DNA from: Raja brachyura | Taxonomy: Eukaryota | DNA: 64,000 nucleotides | Direction: 5' to 3' | NCBI GenBank assembly: GCA_963514005.1 | Contig: OY740787.1 | Span: forward strand, 34,596,001 to 34,660,000 | In this document: in pieces, positions 51,035-64,000 of the stretch | Numbering within the stretch: position 1 is the stretch's first letter | Layout: each line of letters starts with the position of its first letter | Notes under the pieces: model-generated | The model's database searches: none | What the model was told of the DNA's origin: nothing | The model's input: only the letters and a program-made list of their open reading frames with translations | Position numbers and translations under genes: made by a program

Positions 51035-51565
51035 AATTCATCGAGGCTTCGCCTGAGTTGTGCAAGCGGTGCCTACGCCAGACTCAGGAAAAGAGCCTTT
51101 GAAGACCGAGACCTAAAGGTTCAAACAAAACTGTTGGTCTACAGAGCTGTTGTTCTTCCCACTCTGTTGTATGGAGCAGAGTCATGGACCACCTACAGCA
51201 GACACCTGAGAGCCCTGGAACAATACCGTCAAAGATACTTACGAAAGATTCTGATGATCAGCTGGGAGGACAAACACGCCAACATCAGCGTTTTGGAGGA
51301 AGCCAACATGACCAGCATCACCACCACAATAATGCAACACCAGCTTCGATGGACTGGCCATGTCATCCGCATGTCCAACACAGGTCACCTTAAACAGATC
51401 CTGTAATGAACTGAACTGAAAGAAGGTCGGCGAGCTCCTGGCGGGCCACATAAATGCTTCAAGGCCAACATCAAGAACAGTTTGAAAAAATTCCACATCA
51501 CATCGAGTAACTGGGAGCACATTGCACTGGACAGGTGCTCCTGGAGGAAATCCATCCACGGATCT
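51035..51565 (+). mobile_element. RTE (BovB-like) LINE 3' fragment
   Basis: TKLLVYRAVVLPTLLYGAESWT...QLRWTGHVIRM...KQIL. Confidence 0.88.
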
Positions 51566-52381
51566 TGGCATCATGTTCCTGCAGCCTCCTCCAATAATGA
51601 ATTCTCAGTGGGAGGCTTCCTCTACCTGTTTCCAGGCAACAGTGAACCCCTCCAGTTCACCACAATGGCCAATATATATCAGGGTCAGTAGCGGAACAGA
51701 ACATATGAACCTATCTTGACTCCATTCCACCACTTGCTTCTCAGTGTACGTCAATTCTAACAATTCTAATTTTCATACTGAACTGATCCTTTAGATATTG
51801 AGGATGAGGGCAATGCCCTAGCACAGGAAGCCTTGCTATTGTATCAAAGCCCCAAGGACCCATGTTTCATCCCAGTTGCTTTCTACCTGGTTTGCACATT
51901 CTCTGCTTTTACAAGAGAGGTAGATATAGCTCTTAGGGCTAACGGAATCAAGGGATATGTGAAGAATGCAGGAATGGGGTACTGATTTTGGATGATCAGT
52001 GATGATCATATTGAATTATCTAAGTTTCTATGTAACTCGGCATCTTCCCCTGGGTGTTCCTGATTCCTTCCACATCACAAAAACATTCTGGTAGTTATTT
52101 GTCCATTCTAAATTATCCCTTTGTGTAAGTTAACAGCAAAAAAAACCCCAAATTAAATAGGACTAATGGGTATGTGTGAGAGATAATATGTTGCAGGAAT
52201 ATAGGAAAATAAGAAGAATGGGTGAAATGAGACAAGTTACCTGGGAACTGGCACCTGCCTGAAGGACTGAATGGCCTCTTTCTATGCCTTTATAAGTGCA
52301 AGGTAGCATTGGACAAGAAAGGTTTGCGTTCAAACTGGTTGTCATCACATCCATTGCCACCAATTGGACAGGACCCAAAAA

Positions 52382-55300
52382 AATAGTAAGATTAAATGAG
52401 AAATTACCAGTTTGAAGTTTGATCCTTATTTTATGAGGAGTTGTGATGAGGGATTATGTGAAGAACTCCCGCCAGTCGCATACGCGTCATACTTCAAAGC
52501 AACGGCGCGAAAACACAGAAACCAATAGCCGAAGTAACATAGTAAGGCTTTAGAAGACTAAAACTACCAGATGATCTTTTTGATTATGAGGGCCGGGAGC
52601 GGAGGGCACGTAATCCCTCATTGTAACTCCTCATATACTAAGGATCAAACTTCAAACTAGTAAGTTCGCGTTTAATCTTACTATTTTACTTCGGAGTCAC
52701 ATGAGTGACTATGTGAAGATTTTAAAGCTCTGTGATTTCATGCCGTGGATCCTTTCCATACGACACACTGCTTCAGTTGACACAGCAGTGAATAAATAAT
52801 GTATTGAACATTGCTTCGAATTATCCAATAATAATTGTTTGAATAACAATACAGCAATAACCCCTCTATCCCAGGGGAAATTACAAATGAAATTTATAAA
52901 GACAAATCAAATCAACTCAAACGGAACCCAAAACAGCATGCCCAAACCCTGGCACTGTCAGGACAGGTTTATCATAATTTTAGAAAGGTTGATTCCTTAG
53001 ACCATCCTGCGGCCTTGCTGCGGATGTTGATACCACCCTGGTGGAATGAGATTTAAACACATGAGTGTCTACTCCAGCGGAATCCTAAACCTGTTTTACC
53101 AGGTTTATACTGACACATTTTATGAAGTTTTTTGTAACTGCTGAGCATTGCTGTCTCAGAGCCTCTGAGACTCTTAGCTATCTCAATATATTGACTCAGG
53201 TGCTTAACTACTCATAACATTTGGTCAACAGGGTATGCTTTAAAACATACTTTGGTTCCGGCCATTCCTGGCCTGCTTTGTTTGATTCAATCATAAACAT
53301 AAAACGTAATTTTATCTGCAGAAGAATACATGTTATCTAGTTGTAACTTTTGCAATGTTTGCACTCGTTGCGCTGATCCTGGATCTGTTCCCATGAAACT
53401 TATTTAGGCAACTGGTGATTTAGCCTGTATCAATATCTGGCAAACCATAGTGGCTGACAATCCTTTTAAAAACATCAGGATTTAACATCCATTCTTATGT
53501 TGTCATTAAATTCTCGTGACCTATTGGCTGCCACCACATTATCTCTACCTGGTAGGTAGATAGCTGAGACCCAGATGTTTCTCGAAACACACCAGTGCCA
53601 CATGAGGTTAGCCAGATCATCACATGATACTGACCTTATTCCTCGCATGCAATTGATATATGACACAGCCGTGGTATTATCAACCTGGAGTTGAACACGT
53701 AAATTATTCATTGTTGAACAATAAGCTTTTAATCCATAGAATGAACCCAGCAATTCTAACTAATTTACACCATGCCTGTGCAGGATTAAATCCTCTTGCA
53801 CACTCCGTCAACCACCACAGCTAAACTCGCTGTCCATAGCTCCCCATCCAGCAGCACTCACATCTGTCTATTAAAGCACTGAAGGTTTGCTGAACCAAAA
53901 TGTTTTTGGTAGTTTATACAATATTGATAATCCACCATTGTAATTGAGCTATGGCTCTGACTGGTAACTGCATAGGTCAATCAAAATGACCTGCATGTTC
54001 TTTAAGTGCTAGTTCTCTAGCTCATTGCAGCCTTTGATAGTGCAGTGGTACAAACTGTACTGCAGGGAAAGCTGCCGCCAATTTACCAATAAATCTGGCC
54101 ACTTCCAAGATGGAGGGATATTATTTTTTCAGTGAGACTAGTATAGACCTCTCTGGTCTCCACAGCCTTGGCTGTAGGCAAAGTCACTGACATATCAACT
54201 GAATCAATGACAAATCCCAAATAATTAATTTTTTTAGGATGGCTCTAACTTGGATTTGGTTGGATGGACCAGGAACCCTAACCTTTTAGACAGGTCTGCT
54301 GAGTGTTGCTTATGATTAAAATATCATCTAGATAAGCCATTACCATGTGATTCTGGGCCCAAAGTAGCGCCAGCACTGGTTTCAACAATTTATTGAATAG
54401 CCTAGGAGCTGAGGTTAGCTCATTGGGTAATGCTTTAAATTGCCACAGCTGTCCCATCCAACTAAATTTCAAGTATCTCCGATAGTGATGATGAATTGGT
54501 ACTGAATAATATGCATCTTTCAGATCTATAGTTGCCATATAACAGCCTTGTGATAACAGCCATTTTGCATTGTTGAAGGTGACCATTTTAAAAATGCCTA
54601 TACTGAACATAGGAATTTAACTGGTTTAGGTCCAGAATGACTCTACATCCCCCATCTTTTCTTTGTCTGGGGAATATATTGGTCACAAATTGTTGAGGAT
54701 GGTTTGTCGTCCTCTCAATTACACCTTTTTTGGGACAAAACCGTAATTTCTTCTTTTACCTGCTGAGTTTGTGGTGCAGAAACCTCAATACTCTATTAGG
54801 CATATTCTGTACAGGCGGATCAATTCCTGACATAAACTGTATTCGAGCTTGACACAGTGTCTAGTATAAACCGATGAGATGTTATGCAGCACCATTCATC
54901 ATAACCAATTGCAACCTACCCCCAACGGGAGGTTGCTCCCCAGAAATCTTATCCTGGACAGAATGAATCACCTGAACCTCTACAGTCGGCCTTGACTCCT
55001 TCTTCCCATATTGGGGTTGTAGCTGGGATACGCAGGTGAGCAATACCGTCGTCCCACTGGCCCCACTCTGTTTGGCCCTGCCCCTGGATCCGTCACCTTT
55101 CGCGCTGAAAATGACCTGCGAGGTGGCATCCTGGCAGAAGGGACATATGTCTTCATGAGATGGATTGTTTTGGCATGTTCCTCCAGGTCCTTGACTTGTT
55201 TGAGGACGTCAACCCCAAATAATAATCTGGGTTGGATATTGGTGGACCTACGTAGAGCTGCAAACTTCGGGTTCAATGTCGTTTTGATGGCTATCTTCCT

Positions 55301-56511
55301 GATGCAATTGACGTCAAAGTAGGCGGTGCAGAACAGGGCCAGCATATCTTGTTGAGTACAAGACATCGGTGCACCATGGACCTTCCCCGAATGCCTGCTG
55401 CCAACAACTTGAGGACGTGTTGAAATCTCACTTCTTGTCCCCGCATTGTTGCACTCATTTGTGCCCTTGCCGAGTTCACGGTGGGCATTTTGAGTGAAGC
55501 ACAGTTTACAGGTGTTTTGTAATGTGTGGCAGTCTCCTCCATGATTGTATCCTGGAGCTGGTGAGAAGCCATGTAATTTACATTGGCGGCTAGATTTTTC
55601 TCGATAGCCTTACCAGTCCCTTCCGGTTTTAGTGAAGTTTAACACTACGTCCAGGACACCTGGAGCATCGCTCGTGTGCTCTGGTGTGTGCACAAAGGCA
55701 GTGACACTAGCTTCAGGGTCAGATTCCTCGTGCCCTGCTTCTCCCGAGTCATGCTCTAGGGAGGTCTCTTCCAGCGCTAAACAAGGTGCTGGAGAGGATG
55801 ATTCCCACTGTTATCCATAAGTGGTGTTTTCTTCTTTGCTGTTTGGACCTCTGCGAGAGGCTGTGTGGGGAATCCTAGGGCATTCGACCCCAATTGAAAT
55901 TTTCCATGGCTCTTTAAATTTGGAGCATTTTCCCATTTGGTTGAGCCATCCCCATACCTTTAAATTAAAAGGAGGGAGTCTTTCACATCATTAGACTCAT
56001 GAGCCAAATGATCCTGAGAGTACTTTATTTTGGTATTCCTGAGTGCCCTGAAGCACTGGAAATTGATGGAGGCATCATCAGACATGACAAATGAGCCTGA
56101 GAGTACTTTATTTTGGTATTCCTGAGCACCCTGAAGTACTGGAAATTGATGGAGGCAGTTGAGCTGCCAGCATAACAGTAGCGGGTATTGGAGCCTGCAT
56201 TAGCGCAGCCGTTATCTCCAAACCCGATCTAAATAGCAGTAATCGCGGAGCAGGCTTTAGAGCAGCCGTTATCTCCCGACCCGTTCTATAAGCGGTAACC
56301 GCGGTCCCCGCGCATTCCACTCTATTACCACAGTTTATATTTCCAATATATCCATATTACCAACTCCAGCTGGCTCTGCGAGCCAGACTTACAGAGTTTT
56401 AAAAATACTCGCAGGAAATGTTTAACATTGACTTACCTGCGGGTTACTGAGCTCTCCAGCCCGTCAGTGCGACATGCGTCAGACGTAATGACGTGCACGT
56501 GTAAGTAAAAT
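52382..56511 (-). mobile_element. DIRS1-type tyrosine-recombinase retrotransposon, end-to-end but decayed
   Basis: gag-like 55572-54980; RT ATIDLKDAYYSVPI, LTSAPRLF, YLDDILI; RNase H VDNTTAVSYIN, YLPGRDNVVA; YR remnant FKSHSTR near 53040-53060; terminal/ICR inverted repeat 52385-52460 vs 52607-52682. Confidence 0.9.
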
Positions 56512-56627
56512 TAGATGTTAACTAGTCCCACGGGTGGCCTGGTCCCCCAATGCAACCCGTTCCCCCAATGCAATATTCCACCACTCATCCATAGCCCTCA
56601 CAGGAGGCCTGTTCCCCCAATGCAATA

Positions 56628-57115
56628 TGTAGTGGCCATTTGGCTTAATTTTGTGTGTCATTAATTATGGCATTTGCCAGCTTGAATTATGAGGGTGGGA
56701 TTTATTACGTAGTCGATGGTGTGTTTGCTGCTGGGATTCTTACGTAGAAGCTGTCATTTTTTAGTTTAGTTTTGGAGCTCAACATGGTAGGAAGGAATAT
56801 CCTTCCACCATGTGGAGTTACGCTGAGACATGAGGAGTTTTCTAACGGTTAAAAGCGATATGCTGGAGTTTGACGAAGATTAGAGTGTGCGAGTCTAAGA
56901 AGAAGGTTTGATGAAAATCTTACTGTTTTTCTTCAACAATGAAGAAACTATTAATCAAAAACTGTGTTATGAAGATTTAGCTTTCGAAAAGCTCTGCAAG
57001 TTTTGTGAAGAGTTCACATGCATAATACGACATTCTCCTAATACCATGCTGTCTCCTAAGTGGCTAGAGAGATAACAGAATGATCTCTTGAACGATATAA
57101 TAATCTGCCACTATA
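56628..57115 (+). repeat. 5' LTR of BEL/Pao element
   Basis: Starts tgtagtggc and ends gccactata (terminal inverted repeat, CA mutated), upstream of the gag region. Confidence 0.65.
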
Positions 57116-58300
57116 TTAGAGTCGAAGGATACCTCAGACAGGAGGTGAGAGCCACGAACCAAAGAAGAGGGACAGAAGATCCGGGAGAGGTTCGGTCAGA
57201 AGGACCGGTTCCAGAAGAGGAACTGAAGACAATAGATCTCGGGCAGAGATTTAATCAACAGCTACATGACTTATCCGAAGATTGAAGACATTATCGCGGA
57301 ATCGTGAGTAGAACAGCTTTTATAATACTTCTGAATTTGAAAGCTGGTACGCTTTAATTTGGACGACTTCTGCAAGGTAATTTAAAAGCTAGTTCTGCTA
57401 GCTTGGAAAATACGCAAGAAGCTTGTTTTTTCAGTTCAGTCTGGAGAGATCCAAATGCTCGTCCTTGAGTTGTTTTGAAGTCAAGATACGACACATTCTT
57501 TTGGAACTGAAGTCATCAATAACTTTGAATCTGTTTTGGATGTTGTCTGAAAATCCAGTTTATAGTTTCTTATTTGATGTTTACAAAACATTCTGCTTGA
57601 TGTTTATCAATAAGACTAAACCAAATTGAAGAAGTTCTTGTTCATTAAATTTAAAGATTTGGCATTCTGCCAAGACCTGCTTAAATCCATGGAGCAAGAT
57701 GGAGCCGGTGAGTCAGAAGAACCACAAGGTGGCAGAGCCAGACTAAAGTATCTAGAAGATGCAGATAAAGGTCCAAGCTGCCTACCTGAAAGAAACCCAG
57801 AGGGAGAGAAACAAGTAATGGAAACAGGTTACCAAATCAATTGAGAAACAGAAGAAACTAATGGAATCGGATAAGAATGCGAAGGAAGTGGAATCTAATC
57901 TGAGCCAACTACTTAACCTCTGCCATGAGGTTGGAGAGAAACAAAATATACTGCTGTGTTCACAGCCGCCTATGGAAGAACGCAAAAGAATCACCCAGTG
58001 GTGGGAAGAAAGGCTGAAGTTATTCAATGATTTCATGGATGAGGTGGAGGAGTGGTTATCTGAAATTATACCACAACTTATGCACTCGACACCTGAAAGA
58101 GCTACGCAACAAGATGCTGAATTGGAAGAGGAGATTACACTATGAGGTAGTATTTCGAATGTATCTACACAAAGATCAAGACAAGATCAAGATCTGGTTC
58201 CATAGCCAGTTCAGTATCAAGGGCTTCTGCTCAATTGGGAATTGAAGCTGATCTAGCTGCTCTCTCAATAGAAGCAGATGCCTTGAAGAAGAAACATGAG

Positions 58301-58907
58301 TATAGAAGTCTGGGATGTAATGTTAAAATTGTACAAGACGTTGGTGAGACCAAATCTGGAGTATGGTGTACAATTTTGGTCGCCCAATTATAGGAAGGAT
58401 GTCAACAAAATAGAGAGGGTACAGAGGAGATTTACTAGAATGTTGCCTGGGTTTCAACAGCTAAGTTACAGAGATAGGTTGAATAAGTTAGGTCTTTATT
58501 CTCTGGAGCGCAGAAGGTTAAGGGGTGACTTGATAGAGGTCTTTAAAATGATGAGAGGGATAGACAGAGTTAATGTGGACAAGCTTTTCCCTTTGAGAAT
58601 AGGGAAGATTCAAACAAGAGGACATGACTTTAGAATTAAGGGACAGAGGTTTAGGGGTAACATGAGGGGGAACTTCTTTACTCAGAGAGTGGTAGCGGTG
58701 TGGAATGAGCTTCCAGTGGAAGTGGTGGCGGCAGGTTCGTTGGTATCATTTAAAAATAAATTGGATAGGCATATGGATGAGAAGGGTATGGAGGGTTATG
58801 GTATGAGTGCAGGCAGGTGGGACTAAGGGAAAAAAGTTGTTCGGCACGGACTTGAAGGGCCGAGATGGCCTGTTTCCGTGCTGTAATTGTTATATGGTTA
58901 TATGGTT
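58301..58907 (+). mobile_element. Young 5'-truncated CR1 inserted in BEL gag
   Basis: Uninterrupted frame 58296-58826 (LVRPNLEYGVQFWSP...FFTQRVV), (ttatatgg)n tail, atgag on both flanks. Confidence 0.92.
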
Positions 58908-59975
58908 ATGAGAATGAGTGAGAAGAACAGATGAAAGAAGAGAAGAGGTGACAGGAAAAAGAGATAAGGCACCAAAAAGAAGAGATGAGGCGATGAAAAG
59001 TACAGCTAGAACTAGACATGGCGGTCAAATCAAAGACGGAAATAATGGAAAGTGAGGGTTCAAGAAGTAGTTCTAAAGCATCTGATGCGATTAACTCCGG
59101 TTTGAGAGGTGAAACTGCTCAAAGTGAGTCAGCAATTGGATCAATTCCACAACCGAGGACCACCGGATTTCACGGCTTTGAACACCCATTGGGACAGTGG
59201 CAGGCCGGTAAAACTTCATTTCAGCAAATGGGTGCTAGACTGAAGCAAACTACTTATGTGGACACTGTAGAGACTCTGGACAAACGAACAGTTGAGTACA
59301 ATTTTCCGAGGCCTGATACACAGGCTCGAGCAAGCCAGTATGGAGATCAGGGGCCTGTCTATTGTCTGTTGGTACCAAGCCAAGGATATCAGGATGGATT
59401 ATTTGCATTGGGGAACAGGCAAGCTGAATTCAACAAGCTCATAGCACAACAAAATCTCTCTTTCACTCTACCACCAATAGAAATTCCTACATATGATGGT
59501 GATCCTTTGTGGTATGAATCTTTCATAAGGACATTGGACAAAGTTGTAGAAATGAAAATTACTGATGAAAAAGAGCGCTTACAATTTCTGGTGCATTACA
59601 CAAGCGGTAGTACTAAGAGTCCTATAACTTGTGATAAGTGCAAGCAAAATCATCCTGAAGAACTTCACACTGTAAAGAAGCCACCAGAGCAAATAGAAAA
59701 GAAGCTACCAGGGCAAATAGACAAAAAACTACCAGAACAAATTGAAGGGAAGGAGCCGGAGCAAACAGAACAGAAGGAAAAGCCTTGCCTCAAGTAACTG
59801 CTCATATTGGGGCCAGGGTAGAAGCCTGTATATTCCCTATCTTACTAGTACAGGTAAGGAATAGCAAGACAAATGCAGCGTTGTAAACATATGCATTTTT
59901 GGATCATGGAAGTTCAGCTACCTTTTGCACAGAAAGCTTGATGAGAAGGCTGGCCATCACAGGAGAAGAGATTTA

Positions 59976-61942
59976 AACCCCTGTCTCACGGTGCGAGTTG
60001 GCCCACGAGTGACCCCGAGTTTTCACTCGTGGTGATCACGTACAGCCAACGTAGCGGGAACGTGGGACCTCGCGCGATCAACTTGTCCACTCGTGGCGCT
60101 AACGGCAGGTACCCGCGAAACTTGTGAACTCGTGAAAAAAGTCAAACATGTTTGACTTTTTTCACGAGTCAAATTTAGTGTTCAAGTTTAAAATTGAAAC
60201 ATTTAGACTCGTTGTAAGAACGTAGGGCCCGTGCGTTTAACGTAGTGATTCGTGAGTCTACCGTGGGAACTCTTTAAAATATTTCAGTGCCATTCACATT
60301 TGAGTCTTAATCACAAAATTTAATTCACCCATAGACTAAATATTCTTTGTTTTTTGGTCATTTTCGTCTTATTTTCCCATGTGTACAATTTTATATATAA
60401 TGTATATCCTAAAAATATGTTAAAAAAAACTAGGAGTGAAAAAAAAGTTTAATTTCCACAGGAGTTGGAAAATCATTCTATTAGAATGATTAAAAAAAAA
60501 CATTCCAATGTCTAAACACTGGGCTTCAGCCCTATCCTACCCTTTCGGGGGGTGATTACTGCAGTTATTTATTGGAAAATTAGCTATAAAAACCATGGAG
60601 ATGAATCAATGAACATTGGATTTTCCTGACGCGTAGATTTGGTGTTGCGGTCCGGCCAAGAGGAGGTGATGTGGACACGGTTTCAGTTACAGTTCTAGAG
60701 GAACATTGCTTCCGATCTAAGTCTCTTATGCACTCCTCAGAAGAACTGGGTGTGCTCTTCACCATTATGGCTCCCAGCCTACAGGTTTCTGATCTGAACA
60801 ACTAACTTCTTCCCAATTTCTCCTCCACCCACTCCCCCACCCCCCCTATTTCCCTCTCCTCCTCGGCGCTCTTGTTCACTCACACCTTCCCTCCCTCCCT
60901 CCATCCCTCTCGCAGGGCTTGGTTCAAAGGGGGCAACGAGCCAAGCGGGGTCTGAACCCTTTCTGAAAACGAGCGCAAAGAGTAAAAAGTATTGTCAAGC
61001 GCTCCAAACATCGTTTAAAATAAGTAAATCCGACCTTGGCTAATAATTTAAAAATAAATCCTTATACAAAACTAACACCCTACAAACTCTCTGTCTCTCA
61101 CGCTGCCTGTTGCCTTGTGGGGGGTGTGTGTCGGAGAGAGGGGGTGTGGGTGTGGAGGGGACCCGATGTGAATGTTACCACTATAGGATGGCGAGCTTGG
61201 GCTCTGAGCTGCAGTGATAGAGAGCAGAGAGAGAGAGAGGGAGGGAGAGAGAGTGGGTGTGCGCGTCAGCAGCAAAGTTATATGCAACGGGGGTACACAA
61301 AATGCTGGAGAAACTCAGCGGGTGCAGCAGCATCTAAGGAGCGAAGGAGTGAAGGAGACAGGTGACGTTTCGGGTCGAGACCCTTATATACAACGGGCTT
61401 GTACGCGCTGGCAAGATGGGTTTCCTTTGTTCTGGTCCGGGGCTTCAGCGAGATCGGAGAGAATTAAGTCTCCCTTGCACACCACTCCTAACCCAAGGGC
61501 CTTGTCACCCCAGACAGATTAATGACGCCCCCCCCCCCCCCCTCCCCAACCTCCCTCACGCCTGGGCACCAAAGCAGCTCAGGAGGCGAACCCTGAGCTC
61601 CGTCTCCCAACAATCTGATGCGCATTTTCCCTCTGTAGGTCATATTAATAGATGCAGCCGCACTGATTTCTATCTTTAACTCAAAGCCACAGGATGGAGA
61701 TGTCTTCTTTAACATTGTTGCTTTATTAAAACATACCTTCATTCACGGTTGGCTCAAGTGTAATGGGAGAGGAACTTGGTAACTCGGGAGAGCACCTTGG
61801 AACATCGCATAAAGAACATGCCAGTGGGAACTCGGTTAAACACTTGACCATAAACTTTGAATCTCGTGCATAACCACGAGTCCGTTTTTTTTCTTTCACT
61901 TGGGGTCACTCTTGGGTGGACTCGCACTGTGAGACAGGGCCT
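59976..61942. mobile_element. Non-autonomous PIF/Harbinger transposon, TTA TSD
   Basis: ~40-bp TIRs aacccctgtctcacggtgcgagt / actcgcactgtgagacagggcct; tta at 59973-75 and 61943-45; removal restores the BEL protease frame. Confidence 0.9.
61292..61383 (-). mobile_element. 92-bp solo pLTR insertion with 14-bp TSD
   Basis: ttatatgcaacggg (61278-91) / ttatatacaacggg (61384-97). Confidence 0.85.
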
Positions 61943-62828
61943 TTAGATTCGATTGCATACCATGAATGGAGATAAAGAGTGCATTTGTCATTACATTACA
62001 AGTATGGAGATATCCAGTCTGGGTGAAAATAATTTTATACCAATATCTGAAGTGTTTACACATGAGACCATGTGTTCGTCAAAATATACCCAGGCATGAA
62101 GAATTGAGACAATGGCCTTACCTGAAGGATGTCAGAATATCTAAAATAAATTCTTGTGGTGACCTACTTATCGGAACAAATGCTTTGAAGGCATTGGAAC
62201 CTATACGGATTGTGAGGAGCCAAGATGATGGACCGTTTGCTGAAAAAACCCTACTAGGATCGGTTGTATACAGCTCCTTGAGAAGGAACAATGAAAGCAG
62301 GAACTGGAAGAACTACCCTGCTGCTGCTGTTAATCAAATGTCTACTGGTGAATTAGAAAAACTGTTGATGAAGCAATACAATCATGACTTCAATGAGAGT
62401 ACCAAAAAGGAATCTGAAGAAATGTCCAGAGAAGAGTTAAACTTCTTGGATATTATGAACTACTCAGTAAAGATGATAGACGGACACTATTCTGGACTTA
62501 CCATTCACAGAAGAAAGTGTTCTTCTGCCGAATAATCGCCGTGTGGCAGAGCAACGCACCCAGAATTTGAAACTCAAGTTTGGCAAGAATACAAAATTTC
62601 ATGAGGAATATATGTCTTTCCTACAGGATATGATTATGTTGAAATGGTACCAACGAACCATCTGAATCGGAGTGATGGAGATCGTTGGTACATTCCACAC
62701 CCTGGGGTGTATCACTTGAAGAAAAGGACCTTGAGTGTGGTCTTTGACTGTGCTGCAGTTTCAAAAGAACATCACTTAACTGTCAACTACTGCAAGGTAC
62801 AGACCTTACCAACTCACTCATTACATTC

Positions 62829-64000
62829 AGATTAAATGAGAACTTACCAGTTTGAAGTTTGATCTTGATTTTATGAGGAGTTACGTTGGTGATTACATGA
62901 AGAAGTCCCGCCAGGCCGCATGCCAGTAAATCTTCAAAGCAGTGGTATGAAATCACAAATAACAATTACCGAAGTGACATAGTAAGATGCGTGATCTTTA
63001 TGAGAGAGGGTTGGGCGTGGAGGGCACGTAATCACCAACGTAACTCCTCATAAAATCAAGATCAAACTTCAAACTGGTAAGGTCTCGTTTAATCTTACTA
63101 TTTTACTTTGGAGTCACGTGAGTGATTACGTGAAGGGTTTGAAGCTTGTGATTTCATACTGCAGATCCAAATCTCGGCGTCTCACTGTATTGATTGACTC
63201 AGAATGAGTGAATAATCAAAATTGCATTAAACATGATATTGATTCAAATGTATATTCATGGTTTATGTTAATAAAGAAATCAATAGCAACCCCTGTATCT
63301 CAGGGGAGGCTAAAGTGGACGCAACAGAATGGGCAAAACCCCGGGTCAGTAACCGGCCTATGGTAAAAAAAATGTTAATCAATTCAGTTGACCATCCTGC
63401 GGTCGCGAGGATTTGGTCAATGGGAATGTCCATTCCACGGCAGCTGATGTCGATGCTGATCTGGTGGAATGAGATATACAATTGTCAGAGTTAATACCTG
63501 CATAACCCAGAACCTGCTGCAGCCACTTTGAAATAGTTTGAACTGACCTTCCCTTGTGTAGTTGTTTGTCGATTAAACAATGTAACATTAACATTTAAAC
63601 AAAACCACTTCCGATCCCCTCAATAGGAATGTACTGCTTTTTTGAGTACTATCCCTGCACTCTGTATTGAGCACATCCATGGCTTGATGTGACAACCTGA
63701 GCTGTAAGTCAATCCATTCAGAATGTGTAAGTCAATTATTGTTTTATTATGTGGAGGCCGGTTTCCTGAACCACAGTTTGAACCAGCAAGTTTTTGTTTT
63801 TTGGAATAACCGTATACCATTGTATTATTATGCCTGATGAAGCAGGCAACATGGCTGCTTAGGCAGTCCAACAGTACAAACCCAAAGCGAGGTTTTGCTG
63901 ACTGTTTTAAGAACCCGGCTAATGAGGCACAAAATGGAGGAAGACATAAAGAACATTCCTCCTTTTGCAGCGAGAATGTATTTCTCCACACTGTTGTGTC
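62829..64000 (-). mobile_element. Second DIRS1-type element, 3' end (terminus, ICR, tyrosine recombinase)
   Basis: TISKWLQQVLGYAGI...SHSTRSASTS, IDQILATAGWS; inverted repeat 62829-62899 vs 63025-63095, as in the 52.4-kb copy. Confidence 0.9.

Larger units (their letters stand above)
56628..62828 (+). mobile_element. BEL/Pao LTR retrotransposon (gag, protease, start of RT), decayed and multiply interrupted
   Basis: LPPIEIPTYDGDPLWYESF..LQFLVHYTSG gag; CDKCKQNHPEELH knuckle; TYAFLDHGSSATFCTE protease; WPYLKDV..LLIGTN..GPFAEKTLLG; WYIPH.GVYH..VVFDCAA RT start. Confidence 0.9.

Noticed and set aside
56521-56627. Three tcccccaatgcaa repeats as a Helitron-like end
   Set aside because: Too short and cut by the BEL LTR; cannot be classified from this window.
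58296-58826. Intact 176-aa ORF as a domesticated gene
   Set aside because: A young truncated CR1 tail; the ATG lies in the duplicated flank.

Overview
Repeat-dense vertebrate genomic DNA. The repeat set (HE1/V-type tRNA SINEs, CR1, Rex1/Babar, Tx1 and L1 LINEs, Penelope-like elements, DIRS, BEL/Pao, Harbinger MITEs) points to a cartilaginous fish, probably a skate or ray (inference). I found no intact host protein-coding gene; nearly every ORF in the track is a decayed transposon ORF or its antisense shadow. Highlights: (1) a 141-bp SINE-like insertion (28922-29062, minus) whose first 54 nt fold into a complete minimal HDV-like self-cleaving ribozyme, with the predicted cleavage site exactly at the element 5' end; (2) many Penelope-derived pseudo-LTRs carrying hammerhead-like cores, including a ~1-kb unit bracketed by two of them (retrozyme-like); (3) scattered minus-strand exon remnants that by eye resemble a decayed ZP-module gene (tectorin/uromodulin/ZPD-like); (4) a nested DIRS/BEL/CR1/Harbinger/Penelope cluster at 52-64 kb. 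All family calls are by-eye motif recognition, no searches were run, and boundaries of degraded fragments are approximate.
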